DNA of 64,000 bases from an uncultured Candidatus Binatia bacterium (GTDB lineage Bacteria > Desulfobacterota > Binatia > UBA9968 > JAJDTQ01): positions 2,208,001-2,272,000 of the forward strand of contig OZ243916.1 in NCBI GenBank assembly GCA_965213675.1, read 5' to 3'. The notes beneath the pieces are model-generated. The model was not told the origin of the DNA, ran no database searches, and saw only the letters and a program-made list of their open reading frames with translations. Every line of letters begins with the position of its first letter. Within the stretch, counting starts at the first letter, position 1. Below are positions 53,244-64,000 of the stretch, in pieces. A program made the translations under genes and the position numbers.

Positions 53244-54023
53244 TTGGACATCGTGGTCTGCGGCAAGATCATTCCCGCCAGCACCGTCACCATTGAGATC
53301 GATCCCGCCACCAAGCGGATGATCCGCAAAGGCGTGGCTCACGAACTGGACCCGGCGGCGGCCAGCGCCGTGGAGGAAGCCCTGCGGTTGATGGAGAAGG
53401 TGGGCGGCACGGTTACGCTGGTGACCATGGGTTTCAACGAGATCACCATCGGCATCCGCACCGCCTTGGCCATGGGCGCCACCTCCGCGGTGCACATCTT
53501 CGACGACGCGCTGGCGGGATCCGACACGCTGGCGACGGCCAAGGCCCTGACCGCGGCCATCCGCAAGAAGCCCTTCGACCTCATCATCTGCGGCACCGAG
53601 AGCAGCGACAGCTATTCCGGCATCGTGCCGGGCCAGATCGCGCGGCTGCTCGGGGTCCCGCCCGTGACCTTTGCCAACGACATGAGCGTGGAAGGCAATA
53701 CCCTCACGGTGCAACGCCAGAGCGAGTCCGGCTACGACGTGGTGGAGGCCGACCTGCCCGCGCTGGTGACGGTGACCAGTGGAATCAACGAACCCCGCTA
53801 CCCCAAGCTCAAGGGCATCATGGCGGCCAAGCGGAAAGAGATCGTGCAGTACTCCGCGGCAGACCTGGGGCTTGCGGCCAGCGACGTGGGAGAGGCGGGC
53901 GCGAGAGAGAAGGTACTGGAGGTGGGCCGGCCGCCCCAGCGGGAGGCCGGCGAGGTGGTGGAGGACGACGGCGATGGGGGCAAGCGCATCGCCGATTTTC
54001 TGGCCGAGGCCAAGGTTCTCTAG
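53244..54023 (+). CDS. etfB: Electron transfer flavoprotein beta subunit
   Basis: AVEEAL, ALAMGA, DTLATA, INEPRYP; TTG start with GGAGG. Confidence 0.92.
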   Translation: MDIVVCGKIIPASTVTIEIDPATKRMIRKGVAHELDPAAASAVEEALRLMEKVGGTVTLVTMGFNEITIGIRTALAMGATSAVHIFDDALAGSDTLATAKALTAAIRKKPFDLIICGTESSDSYSGIVPGQIARLLGVPPVTFANDMSVEGNTLTVQRQSESGYDVVEADLPALVTVTSGINEPRYPKLKGIMAAKRKEIVQYSAADLGLAASDVGEAGAREKVLEVGRPPQREAGEVVEDDGDGGKRIADFLAEAKVL

Positions 54024-54062
54024 GAGCCTGCGCCGCTGACACCGGCGGGACGCGACACTGGC

Positions 54063-55061
54063 ATGTCTGAAGTGATTTGGGTCTATGGCGAGGTGGTGGA
54101 TGACGCCCTCACCTCGACGACACTGGAAATGGTCACGAAGGCGGCCGCCGTGGGTACCGCCGAGGTGATCCTGCTGGGTCCGGCGCCGGACAACGCGGTG
54201 GAATTACTGGGCGAGCACGGCGCCAGCAAGATTTTTCGATCCCCCGACCCGGTGTTCCACGACTTCCTGACGCTGCCTGCGGCCACCGCGGTGGAATCCC
54301 TGATCCGGCGGCACAAGCCCGCCATGGTCCTGTTCGCGTCGAGCTACGGTGGTCGGGACGTGGCCGCCGCCTTGAGCGCCAGCCTCGACTGCGGCGCCAT
54401 CACCGACGTGGCGGACTTCACTCCGACCGGCGGCACGGTGGCGGCGAAAATCCCCGCGTTGGGCGCCAGCTACTGGAACACCGCCACGCTGGCGCACGAC
54501 GACGTGAAGCTCCTGCTGGTGCGGCCCAAGTCCTTCGAGCCTGCTTCGAACCCCAGAACCCCGGTGGTCGAAGAGGTGGCCGCTCCGGACGACCGCGAGT
54601 TGCGCAAGATCCGGCTCAAGGAAAAGGTCACCGCCAAGGCCGAAGGGCCGCAACTCGACGGCGCCAAGGTCGTGGTCTCCGGCGGCCGCGGGCTTGCCGG
54701 GGCCGAGAACTTCGACATGCTGCGGGAGCTGGCGGAGTTGCTGAACGGCGCCGTGGGCGCCACCCGCGCCGTGGTGGACTCGGGCTGGGTACCCTACTCC
54801 CTTCAAATCGGCCAGACCGGCAAGACCGTCAAGCCCGAGCTTTACATCGCCTGTGGTATTTCCGGGGCCGTGCAGCATCTCGCTGGCATGAAGGATTCCA
54901 AACTGATCGTCGCCGTCAACAAGGACCCCGACGCCCCGATCTTCCAGATGTGCGACCTGGGCATCGTGGGGGATGTCTTCAAGATCGTCCCCCAGTTGAT
55001 CGAAGAGATCAAGGCGCGCCGGCAGGCGCCGGCGTCACAAGCACAGACGTCGGCCTCTTGA
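54063..55061 (+). CDS. etfA: Electron transfer flavoprotein alpha subunit
   Basis: [39 protein letters not shown]. Confidence 0.94.
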   Translation: MSEVIWVYGEVVDDALTSTTLEMVTKAAAVGTAEVILLGPAPDNAVELLGEHGASKIFRSPDPVFHDFLTLPAATAVESLIRRHKPAMVLFASSYGGRDVAAALSASLDCGAITDVADFTPTGGTVAAKIPALGASYWNTATLAHDDVKLLLVRPKSFEPASNPRTPVVEEVAAPDDRELRKIRLKEKVTAKAEGPQLDGAKVVVSGGRGLAGAENFDMLRELAELLNGAVGATRAVVDSGWVPYSLQIGQTGKTVKPELYIACGISGAVQHLAGMKDSKLIVAVNKDPDAPIFQMCDLGIVGDVFKIVPQLIEEIKARRQAPASQAQTSAS

Positions 55062-55342
55062 CACTGCACCCCGTTACGTAGTATTGAATCAGTGTTCTGC
55101 TGACGCACCAGCCAGCTCCCTCGGGCCAGTTCCTCGGGCCATTCTTCTCGGACATGAACCGTTAACGGCTCCGAGGGTTTTTTGCATCCGCGTTCCTCCT
55201 TCCAAGACAACGCCCGCTGGTCGCCTCGTCAGGTGGCATGAAACCGTCGAACATGACGTTTTGATCGGCGATTCCGTCGACCGCAACGTCCACGAAGTGC
55301 CGCACATCGCCAAATTTCAAGGGCTTGGCGTGTCGCCGTTCA

Positions 55343-55357
55343 TGGCATGATGTTTGC
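55343..55357 (+). promoter_or_regulatory. Sigma54 (-24/-12) promoter
   Basis: TGGCAT-GATGT-TTGC with exact GG-N10-GC spacing, 42 nt before ATG 55400. Confidence 0.7.
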
Positions 55358-55399
55358 GTTACAGAACGACAAGAACATCCCTTGAATGAGGAACCCACA

Positions 55400-55624
55400 A
55401 TGCAATCACTCACGCTTCTCGACGTCATCAACGCAGTCAGCGAGCACGCCCAAACGCCCGACGAACTGAAGGCCGTCGTCACACACCTCGTCAACAGCGG
55501 CAAGGTCAAGCTGCGCGGCGAACTCGCCGGCTGCAAGATCGAGTTCGGCCCGGTTCCCACGCCGGGGCCCGTTGTAAACTCCCAGACCACCCTCCCCCAG
55601 CAGACGCTGGATCAGGCAGGCTGA
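55400..55624 (+). CDS. 74-aa hypothetical protein
   Basis: MQSLTLLDVINAVSEH...HLVNSGKVKLRG; SD GAGGA; downstream of a sigma54 site. Confidence 0.7.
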   Translation: MQSLTLLDVINAVSEHAQTPDELKAVVTHLVNSGKVKLRGELAGCKIEFGPVPTPGPVVNSQTTLPQQTLDQAG

Positions 55625-55706
55625 CAAGGCGCGTCCCAGGACACTTGCGCCGCAGGAGTTCACGGCTGCAAGCCCGCTCTCATCCGCCCCTTCGGCCGGT
55701 CGATTT

Positions 55707-57233
55707 CTACGCCAGCGGCCGGTCGAGGCTGCGATACTGAACGGCTTCGGCGATGTGTGTGGACTGGATGGTCTCGGCGCCGGCGAGGTCGGCAATGGTG
55801 CGGCCCACCTTGAGGATGCGCACGTAGGCGCGGGCGCTCAGACCCAGGCGGTTGATGGCAGTCTCCAGGAGTTGCTCGCCGGCCGGGTCGACCCGACAGT
55901 AGCGCCGGACGTCGCGCGCGCCCATGCGCGCGTTGGCATGGATCCCGGTCTCGTCGAAGCGCTCCACCTGGAGTCTCCGGGCCTGGTTGACCCGCTCGCG
56001 CACGGTCTCGGAAGGCTCGCCCGGCGCCTTTGAAGCGAGCGCCTCGTAGGCCACGGCAGGTACTTCCACCTGGATGTCGATGCGGTCCAGCAACGGCCCC
56101 GAAACCCGTGAACGGTACCGGGCGATCTGCGTGGGCGTGCAGCGGCACTCTTTCTGGGGGTCGCCGAAGAAGCCGCAGGGGCACGGATTCATGGCCGCCA
56201 CGAGCATGGAACTCGCCGGGTAGTCGATGGAGCCGGCGGCGCGCGCCACCGTGATGCAGCCGTCCTCCAGGGGCTGACGCAACACTTCCAGCACGTTGCG
56301 ACGAAACTCCGGCACCTCGTCGAGGAAGAGCACGCCGTTGTGGGCCAGGGAAACCTCGCCGGGCTTGGGCACGGCGCCGCCACCCACGAGCCCCGCGTCG
56401 GATATGGTATGGTGCGGCGCCCGGAACGGCCGCACGGCCACCAGCGAACGCTCGTTGAGAACCCCCGCCACGCTGTGGATCTTGGTGGTTTCCAGGGCCT
56501 CCGGCAAGGTCAGGTCCGGCAGGATCGTGGCAAGCCGCTTCGCCAGCATGGTCTTCCCGGACCCCGGCGGACCCATCAACAGGACGTTGTGGCTCCCCGC
56601 GGCCGCCACCTCCAGCGCGCGCTTGACGTGGGGCTGGCCGCGCACGTCGCTCAGGTCGGCATCGTGCACCGCGTGGCTGTGAAAGAGCCGGGCCAGGTCC
56701 ACGCGAGTGGGCTCGATCTCCCGCTCCCCGTTCAGAAAATCCACCACCTCGGCCAGACTCTCCACGCCGTAGACGTCGATGCCCTGAATCACCGCGGCCT
56801 CGGCGCTGTTGATTCGGGGCAGGATCAGGCTCTTGAGGCCCTCGCGCTTCACCGCGGCGGCGACGGACAGCGCCCCGCGCACTGGTCTGACGGCGCCATC
56901 CAGCGACAACTCCCCCACCATGAGGCACTCGCCGAGGCGGGATGCGTCCACCGCGCCCTGGGCCGCGGCAATGCCCACCGCCATGGGAAGATCGTAGCCC
57001 GAGCCTTCCTTGCGAACGTCCGCCGGAGCGAGGTTGATGGTGATGCGCTGGTACGGAAACGGGTAGCCGCAGTTCCGCAAGGCCGCGCGGATGCGCACCT
57101 TGCTCTCGCGCACCGCGCCCTGGGGCCGGCCCACCATGAGCAGTTCGGGAAGCCCTGAAGCGATATCCACTTCCACCGCCACCCTGAGGGCGTCGATCCC
57201 GTGGAGCGCCGCGCCGTAGATTCTGGAAAGCAT
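55707..57233 (-). CDS. comM: YifB/ComM Mg-chelatase-like AAA ATPase
   Basis: ITINLAPAD, GPPGSGKT, PFRAPHH, LAHNGVLFLDE, NPCPCG, SGPLLDRID. Confidence 0.9.
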   Translation of the reverse strand: MLSRIYGAALHGIDALRVAVEVDIASGLPELLMVGRPQGAVRESKVRIRAALRNCGYPFPYQRITINLAPADVRKEGSGYDLPMAVGIAAAQGAVDASRLGECLMVGELSLDGAVRPVRGALSVAAAVKREGLKSLILPRINSAEAAVIQGIDVYGVESLAEVVDFLNGEREIEPTRVDLARLFHSHAVHDADLSDVRGQPHVKRALEVAAAGSHNVLLMGPPGSGKTMLAKRLATILPDLTLPEALETTKIHSVAGVLNERSLVAVRPFRAPHHTISDAGLVGGGAVPKPGEVSLAHNGVLFLDEVPEFRRNVLEVLRQPLEDGCITVARAAGSIDYPASSMLVAAMNPCPCGFFGDPQKECRCTPTQIARYRSRVSGPLLDRIDIQVEVPAVAYEALASKAPGEPSETVRERVNQARRLQVERFDETGIHANARMGARDVRRYCRVDPAGEQLLETAINRLGLSARAYVRILKVGRTIADLAGAETIQSTHIAEAVQYRSLDRPLA

Positions 57234-57504
57234 CGCCTGTAGAAAGGATCGGTGCGTTTCGCGGGAACTTAAGCCGCACCGTGGGATCATCCCCGCAAGG
57301 GGGCGAATCAACTTGCCACGAAAGGGGAATCTTGCTAGGAGCGTGTCCGTGTAGGGGTGGCCATCGGTCGCCTTTGCCGGGGCACCCACACCGGGGGCGG
57401 CCACCGGTCGCCCCGCACGGTTTTCATGCTTCGCGGTACTATCCCGAATACACGGACAGGCTCCTGGGAGAAAACATGGAGACGAGCCAAACGAAACTCA
57501 CGGG

Positions 57505-57533
57505 AAGCCCAGGCGGAAGTCTGGGCTTTTTTT
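57505..57533 (+). terminator. Intrinsic terminator in the 5' leader of guaB
   Basis: AAGCCCAGGC-GGAA-GTCTGGGC followed by T7, ending 35 nt before the guaB ATG. Confidence 0.7.
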
Positions 57534-57568
57534 GTACCGTGTTCGCGCCGTCCGGACTGAGGTGAAGG

Positions 57569-59031
<1,463 letters not shown>

Positions 59032-59035
<4 letters not shown>

Positions 59036-60564
59036 TCGCCGTCCTGGACTTCGGATCGCAGTACACCCAACTCATCGCCCGCCGCGTGCGCGAGGCGCGC
59101 GTGTACTGTGAGATTCATCCCTTCGATACCGCCGTCGAAGAGATCGCGCGCCTGGAGCCCGCCGGCATCATCCTGTCCGGCGGGCCAGCCAGCGTCTACG
59201 GCAGCGGCGCGCCGCGGGTGGACCCGGACCTGTTCCGGCTGCCGGCGCCGTTTCTCGGCATCTGCTACGGCATGGGGCTTCTCAACCAGGCCATGGGAGG
59301 CGCGGTCGCCGAGGCCTCCCAACGCGAATACGGCCTTGCCGACCTCGCCATCGACGACGCCACCGACCTCTTCGCCGGGCTCGACCGGGACGGCGCCCAG
59401 AGCGTTTGGATGAGCCACGGCGACCGCATGACGGCGCTCCCCGAAGGGTGGGCGGTGCTGGCGCACACCGGCAACTCACCCATTGCCGCGTTCGCCGACG
59501 ACCAGCGGCGCTTCTACGGACTTCAGTTCCACCCCGAGGTGGCGCACACCCGCAACGGCCGGGCCATCCTGGAGAACTTCCTGTTCCGCATCTGCGGGTG
59601 CGCGGCGGACTGGGACATGGAGCACTTCGCCAGCGCCGCGATGGAACGCATCCGAGCGCAGGTGGGCGACGCCCGCGTGCTGTGCGGCCTGAGCGGCGGC
59701 GTCGACTCGTCGGTGGCCGCCACCCTGGTGCACCGCGCCATCGGCGACCGGCTCGTGTGCGTGTTCGTCAACAATGGACTGCTGCGGCAGGGAGAGCCGG
59801 AGGCCGTGTCGCAGGTCATGGGAGAGCGCTTCGGCGAAGGCTTCCGCCACGTGGACGCATCGCGCCGGTTCCTCGACGCCCTCGCAGGGGTGGAGGACCC
59901 GGAGGAGAAGCGCAAACGCATCGGCAACCTCTTCATCCGCGTGTTCGAGGAGGAGACGCGCAAGCTCGGCGATTTCCCGTTTCTGTGTCAGGGGACCCTC
60001 TACCCCGACGTCATCGAGTCCGTGCCCCATGCCGGTCCGTCCGCCCTCATCAAGAGCCATCACAACGTCGGCGGGCTCCCCGAGAACATGCAGTTCGAAC
60101 TGGTGGAGCCGTTGCGGGAACTGTTCAAGGACGAGGTGCGCGTCCTCGGGCGCGAACTGGGTCTGCCGGAGCGGTGGATCCACCGCCAGCCCTTTCCCGG
60201 ACCGGGACTGGCCATCCGCATCCTCGGCGACGTTACCGAGGAACGCCTGAACATCCTTCGGTCGGCGGACGCCATCGTCGTGGAGGAGGTGCGCCGCGCC
60301 GGGCTGTACGAACGCATCTGGCAGTCCTTCGCCATCCTCCTGCCCATCCGCACCGTGGGGGTGATGGGGGACGAGCGCACCTACGAGAACGTCGCCGCCA
60401 TCCGGGCCGTGGAGAGCCGGGACGGCATGACCGCCGACTGGGTGACGCTGCCGCCGGAGTTGCTGGGGCGTATCTCCAACCGCATCATCAACGAAGTGCG
60501 CGGCATCAACCGGGTGGTCTACGACATCTCGTCCAAGCCGCCCGCCACCATCGAGTGGGAGTGA
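59032..60564 (+). CDS. guaA: GMP synthase (glutamine-hydrolysing)
   Basis: [40 protein letters not shown]. Confidence 0.97.
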
Positions 60565-60588
60565 GGAACCGACAGAGGACGTAGTTTC

Positions 60589-64000
<3,412 letters not shown>

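Overview
High-GC bacterial chromosomal window, roughly 65-70% GC by eye. Gene content and order resemble deltaproteobacteria-like lineages such as Binatia/Desulfobacterota (inference). Core blocks: a minus-strand run tilS-ftsH-folP-glmM-pdxJ-nnr-tsaE-lysC-cimA-cysE-mnmA-mtaB-rnc (1-15.8 kb), rpoZ/bioB, an acyl-CoA carboxylase operon, tatBC, fabF-fabH, comM and guaB-guaA-dnaE. Accessory catabolic modules lie between them: (1) Rieske dioxygenase alpha/beta plus a Zn-dehydrogenase with no local reductase; (2) an LLM monooxygenase with two alpha/beta hydrolases; (3) LsrF plus a Zn-dehydrogenase; (4) a pyrimidine/ureide-like cluster with two DUF1989 genes, PyrE, a carbamoylase, an atypical PyrR, an ABC transporter with duplicated binding proteins and a degenerate M20 enzyme; (5) a lone PaaA-like diiron protein, a 62-aa protein and ETF. 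Signals not captured by the ORF track: a self-contained sigma70 transcription unit encoding a 12-aa peptide (MNDICSCEVTET) behind a 15-nt 16S-tail-complementary ribosome site; a terminator/antiterminator leader before guaB; a sigma54 promoter before a 74-aa ORF; a CTAG-bounded MITE; and a REP-like palindrome family. I recognised no rRNA, tRNA, CRISPR array, transposase or integrase.
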